This document shows positions 19,052-29,408 of a stretch of 64,000 bases of DNA, one piece after another. Within the stretch, counting starts at the first letter, position 1. The number at the start of each line of letters is the position of its first letter. The DNA lies in assembly GCA_019057815.1 (NCBI GenBank), contig JAHLWR010000004.1:96001-160000 (forward strand). Direction: 5' to 3'. This DNA is from Candidatus Heimdallarchaeota archaeon. GTDB taxonomy: Archaea > Asgardarchaeota > Heimdallarchaeia > Heimdallarchaeales > Heimdallarchaeaceae. The notes below the pieces were generated by a model. That model worked only from the letters and a program-made list of their open reading frames with translations, was not told the origin of the DNA and ran no database searches. The translations under genes were made by a program, and so were the position numbers.

Positions 19052-20854
19052 TTAATCCACTATTAGATTGCAGATTTTATCAGCTTCTGATTCTTTTCCT
19101 ATCCATCTTAGAATCTCTTCTAATCCTCTCAAGCTTAGTGTATTTGTTCGAACATCACTTGGTGATTCTTTAGTCAATCTTATAATCTTCTCAACATCAA
19201 GATCCTCTTTTACCCAAATTGAGCTGGACATTAACATTCTATCTTTTTCAAAGACAACGTCTTGCCCATCAGCTGTAAAGAAAATATTATCTCGAAATTC
19301 ATTTAATCTGAAATCTTTAGATCCCATTGAGGTTAATAGATGTAAATATCCCTTCTTGATTATTGCATATGAATAGAAACAGAAAGAACTAAAATCGAAT
19401 CTATAAAGGTTAGAAAACTTCTTCCATTCTTCCTTATTAGGTCCTTTTTCATCTAAGGGACCACCATCATAATCTAATATTACAATCCTTCCAGTTGAAT
19501 CAATTGCCTTTAGCTTTATTGGTCTTCCATCTTCATCTTTGAAAAATTCGATAATTGGAAAAACTTTAGTGGAGAAAATGCTTTCTGAGTGAGATTCTAG
19601 ATTGATTTCTTCTCCTTTATAGTTGAATATAAGGTTTTGATCTTTTAATTCAATATTAATGTCCATCATCATTCTAGATATGTATTTTCCCTGTAATCGT
19701 TCTAGCTTTTCAATATCCAATTTTATTGTAGGTGGTAATTGAACTTTATCATTGATTGTTACATCTTCAGGTACTTCTCCTAGTTTTTCTTTCACTAGTC
19801 CTGACATGATTTTTTCTGCCATTTCTGCAATGAAAGGCATAGTATCTACAATCTGATTACATTCTAACAAAAGACCGATTCCTAGCTCTGGAATAAAACG
19901 ATGTCCACAGAAACAACCATCTCCATCCCCAAAAAATGATAACATTAGTTTTCCATCATATTTGTTTTTTACAACTCCAAGCCCCATACCTATTGTAGAG
20001 AGTTCATATTCTTCTGCAAAAGGGATAGTATATACTTCTTCCAGTAATTCCTGTTTCAGAAATACTTTTCCATCAACAATTCCATTATTAAGATGCATTT
20101 TAATAAATTTGGACATATCATTCACAGACGAATAATGACCTGCTGCACCAATAAAGGGACTGATAAATTTTGCAGAATCAAATTCACTATCATTTTCATG
20201 CCCTTTTGCCCAATTTGCATTTCCTAGTACGTTAGCTGTTCCTATTATACTTCTAGACATCCCCAAAGGCTCGTAAATTTTCTTCTTAACATAGTCGCTA
20301 AATTTCATACATGTTATTCTTTGTAAAACAAAAGGAATCAGGTCATATCCTGCATTAGAATAGGAATAAGAATGTCTCTCTCCTACTAGAAATTTCTGCC
20401 AACTATCATTTATCTTGCTAATGTATTTTTCAAAGGAAAAAAGTCCTTCTGCTCCTGGTTCTGTTGTTTGAGTAAAATGCTGTAATCCTGATCTGTGAGT
20501 CAATAAATGTCGAAGAGTAATTTTCTCCCTTTCCTTAACTCCAAATCGAGTGTTCCAATTAAATTCAGGATAATGCTTTACGAGAGGATCATCTAGATTG
20601 ACTAAACCATCTTGAACTGCTAGAAGGAAAGCTGTAGTCGTATAAGCTTTTGCTAAAGAACCAATCCAAAATAAAGTGTCAGAATTAACTTCTCTAGTTT
20701 TGTTTCTGTCAATGAAACCAAAACCTTCAGTCCAAACAATTCCATCCTTTGAAACTAGAGCCACTGACATTCCCGGTATATTGTATTTCTTCATACCAGC
20801 AACAATGTCATCTTTAATTTCGTTAATGAGAGTAGAAAGATTTTCTTTTTGCAT
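19052..20854 (-). CDS. Serine hydrolase, beta-lactamase class C/PBP family
   Basis: SLAK (SxxK), LLTHRSG, YSN. Confidence 0.9.
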   Translation of the reverse strand: MQKENLSTLINEIKDDIVAGMKKYNIPGMSVALVSKDGIVWTEGFGFIDRNKTREVNSDTLFWIGSLAKAYTTTAFLLAVQDGLVNLDDPLVKHYPEFNWNTRFGVKEREKITLRHLLTHRSGLQHFTQTTEPGAEGLFSFEKYISKINDSWQKFLVGERHSYSYSNAGYDLIPFVLQRITCMKFSDYVKKKIYEPLGMSRSIIGTANVLGNANWAKGHENDSEFDSAKFISPFIGAAGHYSSVNDMSKFIKMHLNNGIVDGKVFLKQELLEEVYTIPFAEEYELSTIGMGLGVVKNKYDGKLMLSFFGDGDGCFCGHRFIPELGIGLLLECNQIVDTMPFIAEMAEKIMSGLVKEKLGEVPEDVTINDKVQLPPTIKLDIEKLERLQGKYISRMMMDINIELKDQNLIFNYKGEEINLESHSESIFSTKVFPIIEFFKDEDGRPIKLKAIDSTGRIVILDYDGGPLDEKGPNKEEWKKFSNLYRFDFSSFCFYSYAIIKKGYLHLLTSMGSKDFRLNEFRDNIFFTADGQDVVFEKDRMLMSSSIWVKEDLDVEKIIRLTKESPSDVRTNTLSLRGLEEILRWIGKESEADKICNLIVD

Positions 20855-21016
20855 AAATTTCAGCTGAAGAGATTAGTTATTTTATATATATCTATCTCAA
20901 ACAATAATGTAAAATCTTGTTGTACTTCTTGTGTTGATAATATTGGGACTAAATCAACTTAGATAGTTTCCACAAATTTAGAAAAAGGTTATAACGTAAT
21001 AACGGAAAGTTTAACC

Positions 21017-22681
21017 ATGGCTAATTGGGATTATACAACAGATGTATTAGTAGTAGGATCGGGAGGAGGGGGTATGACAGCAGCTCTTGTGGCAAAGAAA
21101 GCTGGTTTGGATGTTATTGTTATTGAAAAAACACAATATTATGGAGGTTCCACTGCTCTCTCTGGAGGAGGTGTATGGATACCAAATAACTATCTTCTAG
21201 AAAAGAATGGAATTAATGATTCAATGGAAAAAGCTAGAACTTACATGGATAATACTGTTGGAGATCGTGTTCCTTCAGAATTCAAAGAAGCTTATTTGGT
21301 TAATGCTCCTAAAATGATTGATTGGTTGAGAGAAAATACTAAACTTAAATTTCTTTATATTCCAAATTACTCGGATTATCATCCAGAAAGACCTGGTGGA
21401 ATTCCTCAAGGTCGAGCTTTAGAAGCTAAACCGTTCAATGGTAGTAAACTAAAGAAAGATTTGAAACATCTTAATGCATTACCATATGATGTTCCACTTG
21501 GAATTAGTTTTACAATCACTGAGTATCATAATTTAGGAATGATAATGTCAACTTGGATTGGAAAATGGACTGCTCTTAAAGCTGGGATACGTGCTATCAT
21601 TGGTTTATTGATCCGCTATAGACACCTCACTTTAGGGAATGCACTAATTGGTAGGTTGAGAAAATCTATGCAAGATATTAACATTCCTCTTTGGCTTAAC
21701 ACCCCCTTTGAAGATCTAATATTGGAAGAAGAAAAAGTAGTTGGTGTCATTGCTAAGAAAGAAGGTTCTGAAATAAGAATAAAAGCTGAACATAGTGTAA
21801 TTCTCGCAGCTGGAGGTTTTCCACATAACCTGGAAATGAGAGAAAAATATCATCCAAAGCCTATAACAACTGAATGGACATCAGCACATTTTGGGAATAC
21901 TGGAGACGCGATTTTATCAGGAATGAAACATGGTGCTGCTGTTGATCTTATGGATGATGCTTGGTGGGGACCTTCATCTACTCCACCTGAAGATCCACCT
22001 TTCTTCCATGTTGGAGAACGAGGTTACCCTGGAGGAATTATGGTTAACAAAGCAGGTAAGCGTTTTACCAATGAATCTGCTAGTTATGTAGTGGTTGTAC
22101 ATGATATGTATGAAAAACATTCAGAAGAAATACCTCATGTCCCATGTTATTTTATTTTTGATCAACGTTTCAAATCGAAATATATGTTTGGATTGGTTTT
22201 CCCAGGGATGAAGTTTCCTGAGAAATATATTGAGAGTGGGTATATCAAAACTGCAGAAACACTGGAAGAGCTAGCTAAGAAAATTGATGTTAATGCACAA
22301 AATCTTAGTGATACAGTTAAAAGCTTTAACGACTTTGCTAGAAAAGGAAAGGATCAAGATTATGGTAGGGGAGATAGTGCATATGACCATTATTTTGGAG
22401 ATCCAAAAGTTAAACCCAATCCAAATCTGTTTCCTTTAGAAAAACCAACATTTTATGCCGTAAATTTTGTTCCTGGAGATTTGGGAACTAAAGGAGGTCT
22501 TGTTACTAACGAACATGCTCAAGTTTTGCGAAAAGATGGAACAATAATTGAGGGATTATATGCTGTTGGTAACAGCTCTTCCTCTGTTATGGGAAATAGT
22601 TATCCTGGACCTGGTGCGACTGTAGGACCTACAATGACTTTTGGCTATGTTGCAGCAAAACACATATCGAAGAAGAAATGA
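21017..22681 (+). CDS. kstD: FAD-dependent oxidoreductase, 3-ketosteroid delta1-dehydrogenase-like
   Basis: GSGGGG, GGSTALSGGGVW, YSDYHPE, GDLGTKGG, YPGPGATVG. Confidence 0.8.
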   Translation: MANWDYTTDVLVVGSGGGGMTAALVAKKAGLDVIVIEKTQYYGGSTALSGGGVWIPNNYLLEKNGINDSMEKARTYMDNTVGDRVPSEFKEAYLVNAPKMIDWLRENTKLKFLYIPNYSDYHPERPGGIPQGRALEAKPFNGSKLKKDLKHLNALPYDVPLGISFTITEYHNLGMIMSTWIGKWTALKAGIRAIIGLLIRYRHLTLGNALIGRLRKSMQDINIPLWLNTPFEDLILEEEKVVGVIAKKEGSEIRIKAEHSVILAAGGFPHNLEMREKYHPKPITTEWTSAHFGNTGDAILSGMKHGAAVDLMDDAWWGPSSTPPEDPPFFHVGERGYPGGIMVNKAGKRFTNESASYVVVVHDMYEKHSEEIPHVPCYFIFDQRFKSKYMFGLVFPGMKFPEKYIESGYIKTAETLEELAKKIDVNAQNLSDTVKSFNDFARKGKDQDYGRGDSAYDHYFGDPKVKPNPNLFPLEKPTFYAVNFVPGDLGTKGGLVTNEHAQVLRKDGTIIEGLYAVGNSSSSVMGNSYPGPGATVGPTMTFGYVAAKHISKKK

Positions 22682-22776
22682 CAGTGTAAGATTCAGAAAC
22701 TTACTCTCTCATATTCTTTTCCCTCTTCTTCTACCCATTTCATATAATTAAAACTCAACATAGACTGATTGGAAAA

Positions 22777-23736
22777 ATGATCTTGAATCTGGCAATATTT
22801 AACAGCTTATTTATATCTAGACATATTCATTGTGTACCAATGAAGTCTTCAAGAGGAGTTAAAATCAATTACAGTTTTGTAAATCTTGTATTAGAGTATT
22901 TCACAAATCCATCAGAGGATAAATTATTCCAAATTAGTGAACACGCTGCAGCAAGAAAAGTCCTCTTAAATGCTCAGATTTCTAATCCTAGTCTCAAAGA
23001 TATTGTGGAATTTTGGGAGAAAATATTAGAAAAGGAGAGAAATAAAGAAAAAGAATATATTTCTGGAATTAAATCTTGCATTGCATACATTGAGGATAAC
23101 ATTGAAGATTTATTTGAATATTCTAAAGAGCTTTACAGTTATCTTCCTGATGGTTTTGTATTTGACTGTACTCTCTATCTTCACATAGGATATGATATTG
23201 GAATTGTAGCTGAAGGTGATGCATTATTGAATGTTGGTCATAAAATCTTCCATCAGAACAAAAGAGAATTAATCTATTTTGCACTTCATGAATTACATCA
23301 TGTAGGATTTACTCGTTATTATAATCCAATGAGATCTTTGTCAAAAATACATACAAAATCTGATTTAATCAAATTAATTGAAGGACTCACACATCTCGAG
23401 GGTACAGCAACCTATGCAATTAAAGAGTTAAGAGAAAGGGAGAATCAACTTGCGTTTTTTGATTATAAAGTATTAAACGATAAAACAAGAAGGAAAGAAA
23501 CAGTGGATGAGTATTTCGACATATACGACAAATACAAATATGCGCAAAGTATTCCAATTGAAGATGGAGTTGTTGATATACTTGAGGTAATGTCTGGGAA
23601 GAACAAACGTTTATGGTATGTAACAGGAGCCCATATAGCTGAAGAAATAGACAAAAATTTTGGCAGAGAGGAGCTCAATCAGACTATTGTTAATGGTTCA
23701 GAAGCATTCTTTGAGAAATATAATAGTCTATTCTAA
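22777..23736 (+). CDS. Putative Zn-dependent protease (gluzincin-like)
   Basis: HELHH with a downstream EGTA motif. Confidence 0.7.
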   Translation: MILNLAIFNSLFISRHIHCVPMKSSRGVKINYSFVNLVLEYFTNPSEDKLFQISEHAAARKVLLNAQISNPSLKDIVEFWEKILEKERNKEKEYISGIKSCIAYIEDNIEDLFEYSKELYSYLPDGFVFDCTLYLHIGYDIGIVAEGDALLNVGHKIFHQNKRELIYFALHELHHVGFTRYYNPMRSLSKIHTKSDLIKLIEGLTHLEGTATYAIKELRERENQLAFFDYKVLNDKTRRKETVDEYFDIYDKYKYAQSIPIEDGVVDILEVMSGKNKRLWYVTGAHIAEEIDKNFGREELNQTIVNGSEAFFEKYNSLF

Positions 23737-23958
23737 TCTTGACTGGATTTTAAGATTTGAACATAATCTTGGTAAACCTTGCTATTCAAGAAATTCCGAT
23801 GAAATTGGTGAAATAGCTCAACTCTTTCCAAATCGGTAGTTGTAGATTTTACTATTTTGGCTAATATTGAATCAATCTCTGGATCTCTTTTGCTTAAGTC
23901 TTCCATCAAACCTTCTTGCGTGAATCCATTAAACTATTATGTTTGTAGATTATACAAT

Positions 23959-24550
23959 TTAAACAATTACTCTTTTAATCTGTTGCACTATCTTTTGAAC
24001 AACAGTAGATTCAAATTCGTCTGCAAGAATGTCCATAAAAATAACGTCATATTTTTCGTTACCTAAGATTCTTGCTTGTCTTCTGCTGCCTATTATCTTG
24101 AATCCAACCTTTTCATAACAGTTAATAGCTCGCTCATTAAATGAAAAAGTTCCTAACATGATACTGTTTAGATTAAGTAGGTTAAAACCATAATCTAAGG
24201 TTAATATTGTTGCTTCGTACCCATACCTTATCCCAGAACTCCTTTCTTCCTATAGCTATTCCAAATCTAGCAGTTCTATTAACAAGGTCAACAGCTAAAA
24301 GCATTGAACGTCCAATAACAGCATCAGTTTCCTTATCACATATGCTAAAAACATGAACATCGTTTTTTATCATACTACTAATAAGTTCTTTTTGATTTTC
24401 AAGAGTAATGATAGTATAAGCTTCATCACCAAGAGGGATAGTTACTTCTAAATCATTCATCCATTCTGCCCACAATTTAGCATGGTCTAAACTAATTGGT
24501 GATAGATAACATTTTTCTCCTATTAGTTTTTTAGCTAACATAAATTTCAT
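23959..24550 (-). pseudogene. RimJ/RimL-type GNAT acetyltransferase, frameshifted
   Basis: FWDK|YGYEATILTLDYGFNLLNLNSIMLGTFSFNERAINCYEKVGF is continuous after a frame change near 24226. Confidence 0.85.
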
Positions 24551-24718
24551 GGTTTTGATAGTTGTTAGGTTTATATCTTTTACTTTGTAGCCTTTCTCTG
24601 TCTGTTGTTAATTACTTTGTCAGTCAAAAATAAGGGAAGGATTCTTGAAAGTCTCATTTTTCTTATTTTACTTCTTTTACTTAAATCCAAAATATAACAC
24701 TAGTTAGTTTTTCTGATA

Positions 24719-24776
24719 GTTCCCACTGTTCTTTCTAGAAGAGTATTTACTCGTGTTGTCTGCAACAAAATGAAAA
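24719..24776 (+). repeat. Dispersed intergenic repeat, copy 1
   Basis: GTTCCCACTGTTCTTT identical at 24719 and 28285; AAGAGTA and TTGTCT...AAAATGAAA also shared. Confidence 0.6.
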
Positions 24777-24811
24777 TATAGTTTTATAGGTCTCAGAGTT
24801 TCTTTGAAGAA

Positions 24812-25096
24812 TTAATAGAAACCTTTCCTGTCTGAAATCTCCGTAAAATCTAATTTCCTCGCTTTTTTATTTATTTTATATTTGATTCTATACTTTCCAA
24901 AACGAATGCGATAACAATCTTTTTCTAATTTAATTGGTTTTATGTCATACCTTTCAATCAAAGGCAATAAAGAAGGAGACTCTTTAAGTTCTTTTACAAA
25001 TTCTTTTAGCTTGTCTTTAATGTGTTTAGGGATTTTATTCCGTTTATCTTTCATTTGTTTTTGAAAGGAGTCAGTAAAATTGATGTCGTAGGTGAT
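24812..25096 (-). CDS. relE: RelE/ParE family toxin; N-terminus extends to an ATC codon at 25096
   Basis: IKPIK...YRIRFGKYRIKY...ISDRKGFY; in-frame upstream xTYDINFTDSFQKQ resembles the RelE beta1-alpha1. Confidence 0.8.
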   Translation of the reverse strand: MTYDINFTDSFQKQMKDKRNKIPKHIKDKLKEFVKELKESPSLLPLIERYDIKPIKLEKDCYRIRFGKYRIKYKINKKARKLDFTEISDRKGFY

Positions 25097-25111
25097 TTAG
25101 ACCCACTCCGC

Positions 25112-25630
25112 TTATTCCCACATTTCCCTGTCATCACTTAAGTCTTCCCAGCTTTTTACTTTACCTTTTTTACTCTCTTTGAGTCCCTTTTTGAATCTTT
25201 TCAGTTCCTCTTTGCTCATCTCCTCTTCTTCTGGAGGTAATAAATCCAGTGCCTGTATAAATTCTTCGAATTTGTTATATAGTTCAAATATTAATTTTCC
25301 TTTTTCTACCTTGATATTGATAATATCAAGGACATCCCACTCTAATTTGTTAATGATTTCAATGGGCAGTTTTACACTATTTTCATGAGAAATGAAGGTT
25401 TGATTCTTATTTAGAAGATTTAGAAGAATTTTCAATTTATCTTGTTTTTCAGTTCTTTGTACAGGTAGTATTTTATATTCAGGGAATTTCTCATAACCTA
25501 TATTTTCTTTATATGATTTATACTCACAATCTTTAGTATATAGAAACTTTTTTTCTTCTTTTTTTTCTTCAAATTTTTCTAGTTTCTCTGTTTCATATTT
25601 TTTCAGTATAGTATTACTCATCCCTATCAC
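25112..25630 (-). CDS. Putative antitoxin (AbrB-like segment plus acidic/basic C-terminal helix)
   Basis: SVKLPIEIINKLEW...INIKVEKGKLI; EELKRFKKGLKESKKGKVKSWEDL; directly upstream of RelE. Confidence 0.65.
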   Translation of the reverse strand: MIGMSNTILKKYETEKLEKFEEKKEEKKFLYTKDCEYKSYKENIGYEKFPEYKILPVQRTEKQDKLKILLNLLNKNQTFISHENSVKLPIEIINKLEWDVLDIINIKVEKGKLIFELYNKFEEFIQALDLLPPEEEEMSKEELKRFKKGLKESKKGKVKSWEDLSDDREMWE

Positions 25631-26231
25631 CTACTACCTCTCTTCTAATTTTTTTGAGTTTTTCTATTAGTTTCTCTATCTCTAATTTTGATAATACCAG
25701 ATTGCAGTTTTCATTTTTATAATTCGGTGTAGTATATTCAAAGTTTAGATTCACAAGCTGCACTTCAAAACTATCATCATGAGACTTAATTGCCTTTTTT
25801 AAAATTTCATGTTTGATTCTATATAATGAATTTAAGTTACTTTCTAGATATGATATTATGTACTGTTTAGTGTCCTTATCAATGAAATCAACTATTTTAT
25901 TAAGTTTCTCACTTGCTTCAGTATCAATATTATCAATTTCTTGTATTTTACCAGTTTTGAATATGTCATAGATGGATGGTAATAAGGTTGCTAATATAAG
26001 ATGGGCTTCATCATCGTTTAAGCCTAGATCTTTTTCAAGATCAGATATTTTACGTAATCTTACTCCAAAACCACTTTCAGATTTTTGAATTAAAATGTCT
26101 TCATCTATAATAGCTTCTCTAAATAAGCTTGCGATTATTTTTGAGGATTTTTCATCAATATTAGATAATGCTTTTACAAGTTTCTTTTCTTTTTCTAAAT
26201 CTGGTTCTATCTGATTTATATCATCTGACAT
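25614..26231 (-). CDS. Hypothetical protein, COMMD-like (helical N-domain plus COMM-like C-domain)
   Basis: 205 aa; C-terminal three-strand plus helix pattern SLYRIKHEI...VQLVNLNFEY...ENCNLVLSKLEIEKLIEKLKKI. Confidence 0.5.
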   Translation of the reverse strand: MSDDINQIEPDLEKEKKLVKALSNIDEKSSKIIASLFREAIIDEDILIQKSESGFGVRLRKISDLEKDLGLNDDEAHLILATLLPSIYDIFKTGKIQEIDNIDTEASEKLNKIVDFIDKDTKQYIISYLESNLNSLYRIKHEILKKAIKSHDDSFEVQLVNLNFEYTTPNYKNENCNLVLSKLEIEKLIEKLKKIRREVVGDRDE

Positions 26232-26412
26232 TTATTCACTTATCCTAAAATCCTTAATAAGGATTTTTCATATACAATGATAAATATTCGTATATTTGTT
26301 TCTAAAAAACTATAAAAACATATATTGTTTAGATTTTTCAAGAAAAACAGAATTCCATGTTTGTTTCATATCTATCTTGTGTTTATCTTAATATGTTGAA
26401 ATTTCTTTGAAT

Positions 26413-26680
26413 AGGAGATAAAAGAAAGAGAGAATCAACTGTCATTCTTTGACTATGATGCTCTGAATAACAAAAAAAGCGTGCAGAATCAGTAGAAGAG
26501 TATTTTGAGATATATAATAAATATAAAACTGCTAAAAATCTTCCAGTAGAAGACAGTGATTTTGAAATACTTGAGGTAATATCCAGGAAGAACAAACGTT
26601 TATGGTATGTCACAGCTCATATGGCTGAAGAAATAGATGTGAAACTTGAAGAGATGAGCTTAACAAAACAATCATTAAAG
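26413..26680 (+). pseudogene. Decayed 3' fragment of a paralog of 22777-23736
   Basis: 26569-26610 matches 23580-23621 at 39/42; frameshifts; 5' part absent. Confidence 0.85.
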
Positions 26681-26694
26681 TTTGTTATTTGTAG

Positions 26695-28001
26695 CTAATC
26701 TAATTCAAAATATTTCAGAGTTTTTGCCTTTGATTCTGATATAATTTCTTCAGGAAGTTCATCAAAAGCAAAGTCAAAAATACTTATATTCCCTGAGTTT
26801 AGTTCGATAACTTGTTCATTGTCACTTGGTTGTGAAATTTGCAATTCTGTAGCATTATTTAATAGAATATATTGAATATTATCCACATATTCTAACAAAG
26901 AACTAACCTCTGTATAACTTTGCCTTTTAGATGGTTTAAGTCGGAATCCTACAATTGAATTCTTCAATTTTTCAGAATCATATTCATCAAATGAATGAAT
27001 TGGGAAATTATTGATCATTCCTCCGTTTACCATAAGATTTACGGAATTAAAATCCTTCGTAACAGATTGAATTTCTTTTTCAGTTTGTTTTAATAGAACT
27101 GGTTTGAATAAAAATGGAATACCAACCGACATTCTTACTGCATCTGCCACGCAAAGATCTTGCCACTTCTCATTATTCCTGAAATAGAACACTTTTTTTG
27201 TATTTATACAAACAGCAGTAATAACTAAATCTACATTAAACTCTTTAACAAACATCTCAAAAGTACAATTTTTTATTCCAGATTTTTTTTCTATCCAGTC
27301 ATCAAACATATTTCTTAATGTATCACCCAAGAATAGTCCATTTCATATTTTAAACTGTTAAAAGAATGTAAAGGTTCTTTTAAAACATGAGTTAGTGCAG
27401 GACTAATTGTTTCTGATTTTACTAATTCTTTGATAAGAGAATTAGCAGAATTATCAAAATGCTTTTTTTTTGTTTTTCTTGCTTCGTAACTTAAATACCC
27501 TCGTAATAGAAAAGAAAAAAATTGTAAACTACTTCGTTTGAAAACATTTTTTGGTAACCCTAATAAGTTTTTGATTTTTTTGTCTTCAGATTTCAGATAA
27601 TTTGACCATGAGGATTTAATATATTTATCAACATTCTTGAATCTTGGGTCTTGAATAATGATATCTGTATTTTTCTTTGTGTATATCGTAGGCATCTTCC
27701 CAAATTCTACATTATCAAGGACATTTTTACCTATATTTTGTGAAAAAATTTCTCGAAGTTCTTCAGGAGTATAACAACATGCTACAAGTAAAGCGGACAT
27801 AGAACCAGCTGAAGTCCCAGACACACCGAGAATTTTATTTGGGTTTAATCTTATTGAGGTTTGTCCATTAACTTCTTTTTTAATATATGATAAAATTCCT
27901 AACTCTTCTAAAGCTTGAAGAGCACCAATATATGCAATCCCTTTACCCCCTCCACCCTCAAAAGCCAAATATCTGACATCTTCTTTAGAAATTTTTACCA
28001 T
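26695..28001 (-). pseudogene. Patatin-like phospholipase, frameshifted
   Basis: EGGGGKG and GTSAG in the 5' ORF; AVRMSVGIPFLF and NGG (for DGG) in the 3' ORF; frame break near 27341 (KYE|GLFLGD). Confidence 0.85.
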
Positions 28002-28284
28002 AAAAACACCAAATTCGATTCCAATCTAGATATAAAAATAGAATATTGTTTTTAGTGTTTTTGATAGATGATATCCAGTAGATGCTATGTTTTCAAAACT
28101 ATGAATATGATTTACAAAAAAAAGTACTGAATAAAAGATAAGCATCTTATATACAAATTACATGACCAAAAACATTAAAAGAAATCTTAATGTTAAATTA
28201 TCAAAACCAAACTTATATACTTGTCATTTTTTTCTTCAATAAAATGTAAGAAATGAATAATTGGGGGGATGGTTTTGCTTGGTG

Positions 28285-28342
28285 GTTCCCACTGTTCTTT
28301 TTAAAGAGTAGTTATTTTTTTTGTCTTTGAAATAAAATGAAA
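28285..28342 (+). repeat. Dispersed intergenic repeat, copy 2
   Basis: Matches 24719-24776. Confidence 0.6.
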
Positions 28343-28407
28343 TCCTAGAAAAATATTAGTAAATCAGTAAGGAAAACCTTTTTGTATATTTTTGAAACTA
28401 TTTTTCT

Positions 28408-29232
28408 ATGCATTGGGAAAAGGAGCGAGATATCGTGAAGAGAACAGATATTCCAATCACTCAAAAAAGTTTATCCAAGTATTTACGAGAAACTGGACTA
28501 GGTATAGGAGATACTGTCATAGTACATAGTTCTATGAGTAAGATTGGATGGGTTGTTGGAGGTCCTGTATCTGTTACTAATGCTCTAATGGATGTTCTTA
28601 CAACTAAAGGGACCTTAGTTATGCCTACTTTTTCAACAGATAATACTAACCCAAAAAATTGGGGGTCTCCTCCTGTTCCTGAAAGCTGGTGGCTCATAAT
28701 AAGAGAGAATATGCCAGCTTATAAAGAAGAAATTAGTCCAACTCGAGGAATGGGTAGAGTTCCTGAAACATTTCGAAACTATCCTACTGTTAAACGATCA
28801 CCTCATCCTCAGTGTTCTTTTACAGCTTGGGGGAAAGACAAAGAGCTTATATGTACAACTCATCCATTATTTCCAGTATTTGGGGATAACTCTCCTTTAG
28901 AACGATTATATCATCTAAACGCAAAAATTTTACTTCTAGGAGTAGATCATAGTAGTAACACTTCACTTCATTATTCTGAATGGAAAGCAAAACTACACAA
29001 CCACCCATTTGAAGATCAAGGAGCTTCAGTGATGAAGAATGGAAAACAGACTTGGGAAGCATGGAAAGATATTAAATATTCCGATGAAGATTTTTATAAA
29101 GTAGGAAAAGAGTTTGAAGAAACTTATGATATACCAACTTTCTTCGTTGGTCAAGCAAGAACCAAATTGCTTTCTATGCAAGAATTAGTCGATTTTACAA
29201 TCCCCTGGTTTCAGAAAAATCGTAAATATTGA
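28408..29232 (+). CDS. AAC(3)/YokD family N-acetyltransferase
   Basis: VHSSMSKIGWV, MPTF, RSPHP, LLGV...NTSLH. Confidence 0.92.
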   Translation: MHWEKERDIVKRTDIPITQKSLSKYLRETGLGIGDTVIVHSSMSKIGWVVGGPVSVTNALMDVLTTKGTLVMPTFSTDNTNPKNWGSPPVPESWWLIIRENMPAYKEEISPTRGMGRVPETFRNYPTVKRSPHPQCSFTAWGKDKELICTTHPLFPVFGDNSPLERLYHLNAKILLLGVDHSSNTSLHYSEWKAKLHNHPFEDQGASVMKNGKQTWEAWKDIKYSDEDFYKVGKEFEETYDIPTFFVGQARTKLLSMQELVDFTIPWFQKNRKY

Positions 29233-29408
29233 AAATAGTAATAAGTAATATTTGTTAATCCAAATCATTATTTCTCGTCTTGTGGTCAACCTCTAACCAC
29301 TCTTATATAGAGATAAAATTCGTTTTGAAGGACAAATCTTATACTTTAGAAGTTGTAAGATAATTGAAAAATAGGGAATAAGGGAAATATAAATTCCCAG
29401 AAAGACTG

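Noticed and set aside
26383-26613. 76-aa minus-strand ORF, and similar short antisense ORFs (e.g. 1760-1948, 23463-23678, 63129-63314)
   Set aside because: Shadows of real or decayed genes on the opposite strand.
24719-28342. Integron attC sites
   Set aside because: No RYYYAAC...GTTRRRY hairpin, and no integrase seen.
28408-29232. Bona fide aminoglycoside resistance gene (likewise a beta-lactamase at 19052)
   Set aside because: Both families are broad and mostly unrelated to resistance; the sequence supports only the family call.
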